Assembly: GCF_035594765.1 (NCBI RefSeq)
Contig: NC_085846.1
Coordinates: 57,461,190-57,525,189 of the forward strand
Length of the DNA: 64,000 nt
Origin: Anolis carolinensis
Lineage: Eukaryota
Direction: 5' to 3'
Shown piece after piece: positions 24,801 to 39,800 of this stretch. Within the stretch, counting starts at the first letter, position 1; each line of letters opens with the position of its first letter. The notes under the pieces are model-generated. The model did not search any database and had not been told where the DNA came from. It was given only the letters and a program-made list of their open reading frames with translations. Position numbers and translations under genes: made by a program.

Positions 24801-27800
24801 GATATTAAATAGAACAGGAGACAAAACAGAATTCTGTGGGACTGTGGCCAAGGCATCAAAGAGGAGTACCCCAGCACCACCTTCTGAGTTTGCCCTCCAA
24901 GAAAGATGAGAGGCAATGCATAATCGTAACCTCATCATCCCAGATAGGTGGTCCAGAATGGTACCAGGGTTAGTGGCATCTAAAGCTATTGAGAGGTCCA
25001 CCAGACCCAAAAGGGATATATTCCTCCTGTCCGGTTTCCTGTTTACATCATTCACCAGAATGAGTAAAGATTTCCCATAACTAGGCCTGAAACTAGATTG
25101 AAATGGATCGAGATCCAGAAACCACTGGAGTGAAATTGCAGGGTTATCAAGAGGGAATAGATGACAATTGTTCCCAGTTGACTTTGACACGTTCTACAAC
25201 CTCAGTGCCAGTTGTCCTCAGGATCAAGTCTAGTGCCTTCTGATAATGGCTGAAGACAAGTCTCCATGAGAGAAGGGATCTGTTCTGAAATGCCCTATAT
25301 GAGTAGCAGCCATCAATTAAGACCTCATCCGAATAACAAATATCAATCGACCTAGCAATTATCTCCAGAATAGGACTAGGTAAGTGAGACATAGACAATG
25401 GAGAGATTAGGACCTGAGGTAAGGACAGAAGTGGCTTCTGGGTGGGGGCAGGAGGTTCCAATGTAACTGAGGGTATCTGGGATGGGCTGAGTCAATAGCT
25501 TTCTGCTTCTCCTTCTTAAGCTCCAGTGTAGCCACCGAACATTTTCTTTCTGCAGTTGCTTCTCTAGAGACTTTTAAGGAGAGGAACATCTTCAGGTTTC
25601 TGAATCCTGGAAACAGGCATCTCAGGCAGTTGAGGCCAAGGGTGCTGACACTTTATTTCAAGGAAGTCTGAGCAGCAGCTAAAGTGTTTTGGCTTGACAG
25701 GTGACCTGTTTGGTGCTCCACAGCCAAACACATGAAGAGGCACATAGCCAATGAAGTTTTATGAAGTGGCTTAATGCAAGCTGAATGTGGGGTCCTTTCC
25801 GAGGCAGAGGAGACAATATGTGTAACTATCTAACAGTGGTACTTTCACAGGACAGGCAAAAAAATATTGAAATAATGTTTTGGAGTCATATGCCCCTGGT
25901 GATGTGGAGAATGCCAAAATGCTTGAGAACTTCTTAATGATCTTATTGTGATGGTGGGCAGAAGGGAAGTAAATTTTAGTGGGAAACAACAGCTTATATC
26001 TTTGTGAATGAGGGGGCAGGGTTACCATTAAAATGCAGTAATAGGATCTCTGTGAAGGTACAGAATGACCCAACTGTGTGACCCACAGAGACCATGAAGA
26101 AGGGGATTTAAAGGCAGATGGTTAATTAGATATATTCTGATAAAAGGCAATAGTAGATGAAAGGCAGCAAGAAGCAACCACTTTGTCCTGATGGTGTTGA
26201 GGATGGAAGCACGCTTATACATATACCAGGTTGGCTGCTATTGCTGGAAGACAATACTACCTAACTATAATGAAACATGACCTCTGCAAGCCATTTATAT
26301 GATATCTACATCCTTCCCTTAACTGCCAACTCTTTGGTTGGAGAATGTTTTCAAATACTCTGGTAACTACAATAGAATCTCGCTTATCCAACGTAAACGG
26401 GCCGGCAGAACGTTGGATAAGCGAATATGTTGGATAATAAAGAGGGATTAAGGAAAAGCCTATTAGACATCAAGTTAGATTATGATTTTACAAATTAAGC
26501 ACCAAAACATCATGTTAGACAACAAATTTGACAAAGTAGTTCAATACGCAGTAATGCTATGTAGTAATTACTGTATTTACGAATTTAGCCCAAAAATATC
26601 ACAATGTATTGAAAACACTGACTACAAAAATGCGTTGGATAATCCAGAACGTTGGATAAGTGAGTGTTGGATAAGTGAGACTCTACTGTACCTACAACTT
26701 TAGAAGCAAGAATGGAAGCTGATGAAATGCTTCAGGAACAATTTACCTGTTAAATACTGAAAACCTATGAACAGATTTCTTCTTTCTAAAAATGCTCCCA
26801 GTTTCAGTCACTAAAAATATTTAACTTTTTGTTAGGGAAGCTTTAGAATAAAACCATTAAAGCAAAATAAATGCAAAAGCTGAAAATAAAAGTTTTTTTT
26901 AAAAAAAATTACACTTAACATTAAAAATCTTATTTCTTTTAAGCCTTTTTTCTACAGTCTTGAAAAATTTAAATGACCACTTACATGCCTTCAACAGTGT
27001 CAAATCTAAAAAACAAAAAATACAGATGCTTAGCATGCTTAAATAAAGCAATAAAAATAAAAGTCAGTAATTAAAAAAGCAAATTCGTTATGGATTTGAA
27101 GCTACTTTGGTTTATTTGCTCCTTGTAAGCAGGATTTCCACTGTAAAGTGAAATTCTGTTAGTTAAAGTTAGCTAAGTTTTGGTTTTCAATATTGTTAGT
27201 GACGTGTTGTACACAATTAGTGGAGAACTGATGTGCAAAGCTTTTGAGAACAATTTACTTATACCGGTATACCATAAGTCATACATGCTCTCTAAGAAAG
27301 AATTTAAATATTTTAGTGACATTTGTTTGACTTCTCAAAATAAACACAACCCACAGCTGTCTCTAGGCCTATGCTACTATTCAGATTTAAATAACTGATG
27401 CTAGAGAAATTCCATTTAACTGGCCAGCAGAGGTCTCAGGATGGGTTTTGGAAAAAATACCCACTACAATTAAGATTATAACATGGCAGCTATTAGCCTC
27501 TTCGTAAATGATTTACTAAAGTATCCAACTTTTTAAAAATGATTTTTCCAACCAGGACACACATAAACACTGAATACTGGCCAGCAACACCATCATATTC
27601 TATGACAAAAGCTGTTAGACAAGAATCTGAAACTATATGTAAGACAATGCAGCTGATACAATAAATAGATTTCCATAATTCCACTATTTTGTCCTAGCCA
27701 ATATTCTAGCTGTGATATTCAGCACTACTGAAGTCATCTAGATGTAACATACAAAGCTTAAAAAGCCGACTAGGCAAAAATTAAACATTGTCAACCCCCA

Positions 27801-30800
27801 GAAATCAAAGCCAAGTTATCATGTTTTGAAATTTTCTAGCATCATGTTCTAAAATCTACCCATACAAATGATTGACAACACTGTTAGTCATGCTTCTATG
27901 ATGTCCCACTAGAAATGTATTTTTCCCTAAAACTTGAAGTTATGGGGGAATGATGGCTGTTTGATTTTAAATGGAAATGTTCAGTATTAGCATGCTTACA
28001 GATTGAAAATCTGTTAGATTAAGAACATAAAGTTATTCTGCAAAAGTTGATTTGGTACAAAATTATGACATTTGGCATAAATTATTATGTTTGACATAAA
28101 ATAGTTTAAGAAGATAATAATTACAATCTAAATGTTTCACATGTTTAAAAATGTTACAAATGTAGCCACAGGTTCCTGAACTTTAAGAACCATCTGAACT
28201 GTAGGGATCTGATCTGCCAGTTTATAAGAAGTACACATAATACAAAACAAAAGAGATTATTGATATTGTTAAACCAAAGAAGCCAGTGTGGTTCAATGGT
28301 TTGAACCAGAATATTGGGAGACCAGATTTCAAATCTGTGTTCTGGGATGGAAGCCCACTGGGTGATCTTGGAAAAATAATATTTTCAACTTCAGAGGAAG
28401 ACGAAGGTAAACCCCCTTTGAACAAATTCTACTAAGAAAATCCCATGATAGGTTTGCCGTAAGTCAGAAATGACTAGCAGGCACACAACAACCACATCGC
28501 CAACAACAAATAAATAATTGTTTTATAGAGTCATCCATAGCATCATGCAAAAATAAAGCATTCACTCCCAAAGACACAATTGAGAAAATAAAACAAGACA
28601 AGGAATTGCAGTGACTCAAATGTCTCACATGAACATTTTCCTTTAAAAAACTTCTTCCAGATCAGGGCGCCTCTCTCTGGCCGCATCCCCAAAGGAGCCA
28701 AGACGTGGGCAACAGAAGGAGGGAGGGAGGGAGACTAACGTCCCCTTCCCGTTCTTAAAAAAAATTACATAATCCATTTCCCTCATTTTTCCAGGAAAAT
28801 GGGCTTTAAAAATACAATATGGAGATTTTTTCCTCTTAATTCTATGGTCCCCCACTTCTTCACATACCACTATGACCCATTTTCAGCAAGTTAATTCAGG
28901 AAGACATCATGACTATAATCAGCAATCCATATTTGCTAGTTTAACCCAATTATTCGCTGCCTTTCCATGGTTGCTTTGTATACTTACTTTTTCAATGGTA
29001 ATACTATCCATGTTATAACTTCACTTAGAAAAGGTAAAGGTTTTCCCTTGACTAAGTCTAGTCGTGTCTGACTCTGGGGGGGGGGGGGGTGCTCATCTCC
29101 ATTTCTAAGCCGAAGAGTCGGCGTTATCCATAGACACCTCCTAAGTCATGTGGCCAGTATGACTGCATGGAGTGCCGTTACCTTCCCGTATAAGTATTAC
29201 CTATTGATCTACTCACATTTGCATGTTTTCAAACTGCTAGGTTGGGGCTAACAAGTTCATTCCTTGTTTTCAATGCGATAAGTGGAGGGGTATTAACATT
29301 GACCAGATTCTGAGAATTACAAGATTTTTGTGATCATATATCCTGTCCTCCTCCTAAAGCTTGAGCTGCTGTGTGAATGTGCCCACAGAGGTTTCGGCTT
29401 CTTTGGAAGGAAGAATCGCTGCTTTAGCAATTGCTTACACTCCTCTCTTTCCAAAGAGCAACACTGACGTATGAATATGCATGCAGCGGCCTTAGACGGG
29501 CGGGCAGTGGCTGTGGTTCCCAACTACCAATTTTTCATGCTCCTTTTTTCAGGGGGCCCCGTTCCCAACTTAGTTGCTGGTTTCCCAGGCCTGATGAGCC
29601 TACTGTGCCTTGCTTGCCTCTGGATTTACATTTTTCCACTTTTCTGGGAGTCATACACTCATAACCTCTGTGAATGTGAGGGTTAACTCAAGTTGTATTT
29701 TAAGCTGCTGAAAGGTCCAACAAAAAAAAAGATTAATATAGTAGCAGGCCTGCAGTATACAATGCAGTGTGAAAGGATGGGATTATCCTTAGGTGATGCT
29801 ATTGTAGCTGTGTGTGCTTACATTCAACAGGCAAGAAAAACAGCTGTCAGAATCATAAGTATAAAGAGCAAACAGAAAGAAAAGGGGAAAGCACATGACT
29901 ATGCACCTCTTCCCAGTCTTACTCTCAGGCAAAGTATGCTACTAAGTGACCAAGACAATTTCTATTCTAAAACATAAAGCTAAACTGATATCCTCCCCAG
30001 TAATCAGTTTTATCCATGATTTCTTGCGTATGTAAGAATATGTGGATTGATCCTTGCTCAAATTATTTTTGACAGCTCCTCCATCTTTGAAGAGATTAGC
30101 AGGCCTCATTATCCCAAGGCACAAATTTGTCCATAACAAAACAATATACCATGATCATGCTATATAAAAATTATAGGCAGTCCCCAAATCTCAAACATAC
30201 GACTTACAAATGACTCATAGTTAAGAACATGGGTGAGACAACAAGAAGTGAAAGAAATCTATCCCCAGGAAGAGAAATTCATTCCTAAAGGAATTATCAT
30301 GGGGAAATGGTGTCTCCACTGAAGCTTTATCACCAATCCTTGACTGTTTGCAGAACTAATGTAATGCTACTACACTGATCACAAAACTATTGTACTGAAC
30401 ATCATTTTCTTTTGGATTGTATAAATTATAATCTATTTGATTTTTTATGGATTTTGCAAAAGCAATTTCCATTTTGGAGAATTCGTTCAAACTGGGTACA
30501 CACAACAATTAACATACATCTTATTACAATAGAGTCTCGCTTATCCAACGTAAATGGGCCGGCAGAATGTTGGATAAGCGAATATGTTGGATAATAAGGA
30601 GAGATTAAGGAAAAGCCTATTAAACATCAAATTAGGCTATGATTTTACAAATTAAGCACCAAAACATCATGTTACACAACAAATTTTACAGAAAAAGTAG
30701 TTCAATACACAGTAATGCTATGTAGTAATTACTGTATTTACGAATTTAGCACCAAAATATCATGATATATTGAAAACATTGACTACAAAAATGTGTTGGA

Positions 30801-33800
30801 TAATCCAGAATGTTGGATAAGTGAGACTCTACTGTACTACTTTCTTTTCTCATTTGTGAATTAAAAGTGCTGGATGCAGTATGAGCTTTCTTCCTGTTTC
30901 ACATCACACCACCCCTCCTCAGTAACACAATCCATGAAACTGTATTTGTAACTTGCATTGCAGTCTAGGCTGCTCATTAAAAGATAATTATCTGTTTGTC
31001 AAACTGAGAGGAATGTTCCCTTAAGCCCATGACTGTACATGGATACTAAACAGCTGAAAATGCAACAAATTAAAGATATGTGGTAAAACGGATTTGAATG
31101 TTCATATGTTTTAACAGGCGGACATTTGGTATTTTCTGGTGCTCTCCCTCACAAAGAGGTTATTTCAGTTGAAACCAATGGGATATTTATATACACACAA
31201 AAATGCACTAAGGCAACCCAGCTTGCGAATAAGACAACTGGTAGACCATAGTAGTGCAAATGATTATTCTGCCACAGATACAACTTGCACTAAATTTGTA
31301 TCTCATAAATTGAATTGAATAATGCCACATTTCATATTCACAATCACTACAACAAATATAACCTTGATATCAACTAAACATATTTATTTAAAGTCTGAAT
31401 GGAAATTCAATCATGATATCTGAATCCTCCACAGGAAGAGACAAAGAGAACAAATACCAGAATATTGAATCACCTCTGATAAATGTTTCCTCAGTAGGTT
31501 TCAAAAGGACATGTACACACAAATAGTAAAAGCAATTACATTTTTAGCATTCAATGGATCCTTACATCTGGTATGAATTTACAGGTTGAGAATCCCTTAT
31601 CTGAAATGCTTGGAACCAGAAGTGTTCTGGATTTTCTCAATTTTTGCACTATTTACATATACCCAATGAAATAACATGGAAACTAGACCAAGTCTCAATA
31701 TGAAATTCATTTATATTTCAAACACACTTTATATATATAGCCTATGAGTAATTTAATTTTATGTTGTCATTTAATACTTTTGTGCTTAAAATAAACCTTT
31801 GAACACCAGACAATCAGAAAATAAAGGTGTCACTATCTCAGCCACTCATGTGGTCAGTTCTGAATTACCAGATAAGGGATATTCAACCTATATCTAGAGA
31901 GAGGGAGCAGATGCACACAAGATTTCCCTATGAAGAATTTTAAATAATGTGTTGGATCAAAGTGAAAGCCTATCTCATTCAACATCTGTTTCTCATTAAA
32001 CAGTCACTCATTGAAAGTCCACAAACAGGACAAAACAGTCAAATTGCCTGCTCCTGCTTTTCCCAGATGAATATTTTCTCAAGCCATACTGCTGATTAAG
32101 TTACCACTTACTTTGTTAACTGCCCTTTGTTTTTGTTGTTGTCCACTCCATTGTATGTAACAGCTGCCAATTTCCTGCTTCTGTAGTTCTCATAATGGAC
32201 ATTATTAGTGACATCCTTCAGATCTTGCATATGAGTTCTATTTGAGAAGGGAAATTTGTCAGTAACTGTCCATCCTTGAATAAGATCAAATAAATTCAAA
32301 ATTAATTTAATAAGCAAATGCTTTAAACTGAATTATTCTGCTTATAAAAACTTCAAAAGTATATAGAAATATTGGGAAATAAAGTGTTTGCTGCAAAAAG
32401 AAAATCCAACCCACTATATATACTTATATATAAATTGAAAAATTGACAAAAATCAACTGGTTTACTTATTCATGGGTTAATGCTGGAAATTCTCTATCAT
32501 CCCTGTCATTTTGAGCATTTGAAGTGGAGTAGAATGGCTGCAGCATTTTAAAGAAGTGCTTACAGTACAAGCCTTATCGAGCTTGGTAATCTCTCTACAT
32601 TCTACAAGCCTCACAAGCCTTAGAGAAAGACTATAGTTAAGGTTCTATTAAAAATGACTGTTGCCATTCCATTCCAGTCCAAGTGCCCAAAATGACAGGG
32701 CACACAGAACTTATATAAGTCCCTATTAAAATGAACAATGCTATTCTGATTCACCTCAAACACCCAAAATGATAGCTGCACAACATTCTTCAGCCCCCCC
32801 CCCCCTCATGTTGCTGCTCTTCTCTCCCCACTTTTTTCAGGTTGCATTCTCTTTCTTTTTTTACTCATTTACATTTCTTTCCCTATCTGTATGTGTACAG
32901 ATGTGGACATGTTAAGTTTGGCAATGCAATTTACACCTCAACTGTAAATCCTTACACAAAACAGATCTAGTCTGTCTCCTTTAGTTATTCCTAAAGATAT
33001 TTCTTCTATACATTTTTCAAAAGTGAGTAAAAATATGATCATTACATGCTCCTAAGTTTTATCCTTGGCTTATCCACAGGAAGCAGTTAAAATCCATATA
33101 TTGAACTCCACAACCTATCTTCAAATTATGAGGCCAATTTATATGCAAGTACATACAGTATTTCATAAGTCAAAGACATGGAGAAAATGTTACTATTTTT
33201 CACATTTAACTTCCATCTCTTCTGGACAGAACAAGGTCCTAAAATGTATGCATTGTAAAATTGAAAAAACAAAAAGGCTGTTCTTCCATTTTATTAAATC
33301 GAAAAATATTGGTTTCTAATGTTCAAGAAGTGAATGAGTTTGATTTGCTTTTTTCAATAGCCATCTTCAAATAGATTCTGTGCTAGTCACATAATGCAGT
33401 CCAGCAGTGTTAAAGATATCCATCATATTAAATGATGAAGAGTGATCTTAACAAAAACTACATCAGCCGCTTGACCTCTGCCATAGCAAAAAATGAAAGC
33501 AAATTCTTTGAATACATTAATTTAATAACACATGAAAGCTAATGATAAGTAAAAAGAAGATTTCCAATACAGAGAACCAATACAATAGGTCTTCTTCCTA
33601 TTATATACATATAGTTTCTTCTCTTCCATCAGCGCACCACAAAGCAATATATATTTACACACACATCTCAAATCTGTTTCCAAAATCAGTATTGCGTTGC
33701 TTACCTTATTAACATGTTCCTTAGAATTGTGAAGTCGCAATGTTCACCATTTTCAACTGTAGGACAAAAATTCTGCATTTTTACAGAGAACAGACATCTA

Positions 33801-36800
33801 TTACCAGCAAGTGTGTGTATCCATCCCAATGCTTACTGGTGGATAAGGAACATAAGGAAATCAGCCCTCTCTTGACTGTCACTGATAATAATGCTGAAGA
33901 ATTCAAATAGATGTGGGAGCTGATCTAGTGATAAGTTTTACAATTAATTATTAGAATGTCCTTTATGTATCTTCTGTTAAAATGAGAGATGGTTATGTTA
34001 CTTTTCTGGACTATAACTCCCAGAATCCCCCATCACATTCAATGCATACAAGTTGGGAATGTAATTGGATTTCCTGTAATCCAAAAGAGATTTATTATTT
34101 ATGATAATTGACAGGAGCGGGGCCATATTATTTCAAATTCTTTCCCCAAACATCGTTAAATCAAATCATAAGCTGAATTTCTGGTTGGACTTCCCTTACT
34201 TCTTCACCTGATACAACAGCAAAGACTTCAGTGAGGAAAAGGCTCTTCACACTGGACATGGGATTAAGGAGTCACCTCTTGTCTATTTTTGAGTAAGAAC
34301 ATGTATAATTTCTCAAATCTAGACTTGCTGTTACTTTGAAAAGCCAGCAGTTTATAGAGCTAAGATACCTCTATGTAGTGATAAACTTAAACAGATTATC
34401 AGGAGGTTAAATAGGGACCTGTCTCTTCATCCTTGAAACTATTAAGAGTAATACAGTTCTAGAGTAAGAGAGTTCAGTGACATATACATCAATTAAATTG
34501 TTAGCTTGAACTAGAGTAAATCTATTGAATCAATAGAAGCCACATAATTATCATACAGACTCATGTAGAAGTTGACTTTATGTATAAGTCAAGGACAGGT
34601 TTTGGGGCCAAATTATGGATTTTGATATGATCCATGGGTAAGTTTAATGTTATTCCATAGAGAGGGGAAAGTGCCAATGCCACCTCTAGGGAGCCAGCCC
34701 TCTCTGGTCAATGCCACCATTTCCCCACATAGGCATTAAAAAAGGGCAGAAGAAGCATCACATGGGAGAGAGTAAGGGGTCCTTCATTTCTTTTTGGTAC
34801 TCCTAAGACAGACCAAAGCTGTGGCTTTCATAACACATTTGCCTTACCACAAAAGAACTTTCTTCAAGGAAATGTATGGTTCCTTTTTTGATAAGAGTTA
34901 AGGTACAGTACTCACAATGACCCACGGATAAGTTGTCTCAGTTTGGGTTGCTTTTTTTTTTTTATACGAAACCTTTTTGACTTATACATGAGTGTACAGG
35001 GAATTATCTTACCAATTTCCCACTGATACAAGAGTTTTACTATTGAGACTAACTGTTGGATTAGGCTACTGGCCATGCTACCTGGGGCTGATGGGAGGCT
35101 GTCCACTACCACTGAGAGTGTCACAGCTTCTCAACCCTTGACTTATAAGAAGGTTACTTGCTGAATTATTCAAATAAATACTACTTGCACTGACCTTCTG
35201 CAACTCCCCAAGGATATTGCCTTCCTCTAACTCTCTTGCCATTGACTTCAATGATAGTATTGCTACCTACCACAGCAAGAGGTAAGCGGTCCTACAAGAC
35301 AAAATAATACACATTTCTTCTTAAGGAATGTATTGACTGAACTTGCCAACATATTTCTGGATTCCTAAAACAATCAAGTTGGATATAAACAAGAGAAAGG
35401 ATTCCTGAAAATTATATGAGATACTATGAGATACGACAGAATGCTTGTTTTGCATGACCAAAGTCCCAGGTTCAATCCATCTCCATGGATTCAATTAAGA
35501 TCTTCAGTTTAATGCATTTCAAATAGCAGAACTAGGAATTACCTTTAATGTAATTATTATCTCTCATTTCAAATTAGAACAAATTTCACAACACATTTGC
35601 CTATATGACACAAAAGAATTGCAATAATTTATCACCATACACATATTTCAAACTGACAAAAGAAAGCAAGAGAAGGATATGCAAGTGTTAAATAGAAAGA
35701 GTAAGTGTTTAACCATTTTCTAGTAAAAGCAGCTTGATATACGATGATCACTTGTTATTCATTGGAGTTTGGATGCTATAAAATGGTAAAATCAAATATT
35801 GTGGGGAGGGGGTTAATTACAACTTGCTTGAATCTGTAGATAATAGGGGACTGACTGTGGTACCACTCATCTACATGTAAGGTTCTATCAATTAGCCACA
35901 AGGTGGTGCAATAGACTCTTCAGGCCTTTTATGTACTCACTGTATTCAAATACAGGATACTATAGTAGTGGAATTGCAATGGAGTTGGAACTTCATTTAA
36001 ATTATGTGGAAGTATGTAAAGACTTAATTCATATGGAAGTATCTGAGCCACACAAATACTAGACTTTGGATTTTTTAATCTCAATTTTTTGAACTGAGAA
36101 AGTGCCACTCTACCACATGAAAATCCAGAACAATTCAATTCCCATTTTTAAAAACATTAATCTTGTTTAGTTTGTCCAAGCCATGCAATGAGTTATATTC
36201 TTGCTCAATGGAAACAATCCAGACACAGAAACTATGACTGGATGTGGGGGTTGTTTTTCAACTATGTAGAATTAAGGGTAACTTCAGTTTCTCTGCATTT
36301 GGATAAAATAAAAACTTCCAAATTTCTTCTTCATGCTCTTCATGGAAGGAGGGGAAAGTACAAGAGGCCAGCTTTTGGTGCCATTGGAGCTCATAGTGCA
36401 AAACAAGTTGTCCACAAAAACAGTTAGAACTCCATAAAGATGTAAAGCTACCTGACTTAAAATGTTTATTCTCTGAAGCACATTATTCATGCTTTGAAGT
36501 ATATCAAATATAATTTTGAAATATTCATATATGAAAAATGAGAATTTATCTTCAGTCATCACAACCAAATACACACATGCACAACATTGTGCTTGAAATG
36601 TTTCTTTTAATATTAAAGAAAATATTGTTAAAGGACTGGAAAGATATTTCATCCTCAGATTCCACAATTATAATACAGCAGATTCTGGTACACATAAGCA
36701 CTTCACGAGCGAGGGCTATGTATCCAAAGGTTTATCCTGTGACTTCAACATAATGGAAAGCTTTGCATGAAGATCACCTTCTGCAGCTATCACAGAAGTG

Positions 36801-39800
36801 AAAATGAACTTCATTTGAACATACCGGTAGTTCTCTACACACCCACCACACACATCCTCAATGACCACAGAGAACTGGACGAGAGTTAAGTTGGACACTA
36901 ATTTGTGAATATTTTGTCTTAATGTATTTTATGTACCTTTATCTTTTTAACAAGTTTATTTTCTTCTTCATCATCTGTTTCTGGGAATTCATATATTTTA
37001 ATTTTATGCTCCTGGATTTCTTTCATTATCTGAAAATGAAAAAAAAAAGGTTAATGGAAGACAGAAACAATGTTTCAACATGCTTTTCAACTATGTTGTG
37101 TGCTTTCTTCTTCCACACATAAATTCCACTAATCTCCACTGATGACCGAACCCTAAGAGCCACCAGGTTATGCTGCTATATGAGTGTAATTTCTTAATTT
37201 CGGAGGTCTTTTTTGCAACCAAGCTGTGTATATATATAATAGTAACCTTTCCAGACAAATTTCAAATTCCTTATGATCTCTAACACCTAGTATACTTAAG
37301 AAACATCTTCTTTTGTTGCATGGGGCAGTAAAGGTAGACTACCTATGGCATGTGGACTAAAAGCAGCCACACCCTGGACTCTCCACAGATATATATTTTT
37401 TCCTTTCCTTGCCTAGTTTATCCATGCCTCACCGCCTCTGAGGATGCCTGCCATAGATGTGGGCGAAATGTCAGGAGAGAATACTTCTGGAACATGGCCA
37501 CACAGCCCGAAAGACATACAACAACCCTGTGATCCCGGCCATGAAAGCCTTCGACAACACATCCTTATGCACTTTGAACAATTATCCGGTTGGGCATTGT
37601 GGGAACGTAATGACGGATTTTTACTTTGGTCAAATAAAGATCTTTTTTTTTTTTGGCTCTAAGCATGGTTCACTTCCTATGAGCTCAGAAGTGAATCAGA
37701 ACCACTCAAGAATAATGAAGTGATTTCTACATTCCTGGGTATCTGCCAAGGTAACCATAAGCATGCAGTTTTAAAATGGAAAAGGTTTTTAAGATTTCCA
37801 AATTTTCAGTCATGAGGTGACCAAACATGTGGAATGTTGCTGACAGTTGAATCTATAGGTATAAGATATACTAAAAAAAGATATAGGAATACGAATTACT
37901 AAAATAACTCATCATGTTGGAATTTGAGTTTCATAGAGTGCCAAAGACAAAGACACCTGTCTTTGCTACTACAGTAGAGTCTCACTTATCCAACATAAAT
38001 GGGCTGGCAGAATGTTGGATAAGTGAATATGTTGGATAATAAGGAGGGATTAAGGAAAACCTATTACACATCAAATTAGGTTATGATTTTACAAATTAAG
38101 CACCAAAACATAATGTTTAACAACCAATTTGACAGAAAAATAGTTCAATACGCAGTAATGCTATGTAGTAATTACTGTATTTACGAATTTAGCACCAAAA
38201 TATCACGATGTATTGAAAACATTGACTACAAAAATGCATTGGATAATCCAGAACGTTGGATAAGAGTGTTGGATAAGTGAGACTCTACCGTATTTTTAGA
38301 TGTGTGCTCAATCCTAGCTGTCTTTAAAGTGTTGAATGATGTGTATTTCAATGTTCTAGATCACACTCAAGGTCTGTGGGCCAAATTCGCCCACCATGTC
38401 ATTTCATGTGGTCCAGATGCTGGACTCCCAACTCCTAAACTCCTCATCATTACACATTATGACTATAGCTGATGGGAGTTGTGACACAGTAGCATCTGAA
38501 AAAATGCTTAGTCAGGGGTTTGAATTTAGATACAAGGCTTGTGGATATGATGTCGGGCTTTAAAATATTGTTTAATCTTTCCCCAACATCAGTACCACAA
38601 GTGCTGCTGGGTTGCAATTCTCATTAATCCCAATCTGCATGGCAGATAATTAAAAGTGATGGGAGTTGTTGTTCAATAACATTTGGTGACTTAAATTGGG
38701 TAAAAACTAAAGAGCACTGAACACTATGTAAACAATATATAGTTGGCCCTCTGTATGCATGGATTCTTTGTCCACGGATTCAATGACCCTTTGAAGGCAA
38801 CCATAAGGCTAATGTGGCCCTTGATGAAAATGAGTTTGACACCCCTCTTCTAGATCCTCTCTGATTTTGGAAGCCAAGCAGGGTCAGCCCTGGTTCCTAT
38901 GTGAGTGGGAAACTACTAATAAATACTAAGCACCTTATTTCAGAGAAAGGAACTGAGAAAGCCACTTCTCAGTTTTCCTTGCCTAAAAAACTACTATGAA
39001 CGTCAAGGGCTTTCCCTAAGTTGAAACATGACACATGGGAAAACTATGCAGGTATGTTTCACAAAAAAGAAACGAGAAATTGTGAGCATGTGTCTGCATT
39101 TACACTCTCCAGAATCTTGTCAGTATTCAGAATTTCTGTATCAAAGGATGAAAATTTGATGGCTAAGCATAATTGGCCCCAGGAATGCTCCTCAGACTCA
39201 AGATTTCCCCTTGATGATTCTCTTCTCCTAATTTCTGGCAGAAAAATGGTTCTACCAGTTTAGTGATGCTTCGAAATGCTGTCTCCCAACAGTAATCCCT
39301 CCAAGAACAGCTCAATGCCTATCCCCAAAAATATACTTGAAATGATATTTCTCCTACATACCCAAAATCAGTAAAAAAAAAATGAGGTGGTGAAACCCTC
39401 AAGGCTATGGAGCACGTTTGTCTTTGCTACATATCAAAACACTTTAAAATATAGTCCCTTTTGCCATTATTGAAACTATCTTTTCTTTCCTTTAGGAGTA
39501 GAGATACACTGGAATAATTTGTTGCCACTTCCTCTAACAATCTAATATCTATTGGGTGTTAATTCAAATGATAAAATACTAATTATTTATTTCAAAGTAG
39601 GTTTGAAACTTACAAGATCTAAAATGTGCAGATTTTAAATTCTTCCTTCTTGATTCCAAGGCAGAAATACAAACTCCATGTGAAAAACTGACCAATATTT
39701 TTCAGTACGCTATATTCTTGTCTGTGATATGCATTAATTTGGTTTGGGGTGGAGGGTGCAACTTCATATTTTGTCAATGGAATTTTAAACCTGCTTTAGA

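Noticed and set aside
27493-27620. CTAAC branch point plus ttttgtcatag acceptor
   Set aside because: Gives an immediate stop in phase, has no convincing donor and no other support.
28988-29003. atag|16 nt|gtaagta exon-like segment
   Set aside because: Strong donor but no pyrimidine tract, and it would shift the frame.
38852-38930. 5S rRNA-like sequence
   Set aside because: Truncated, diverged and fused to a retroposon tail, so a SINE rather than an rRNA gene.
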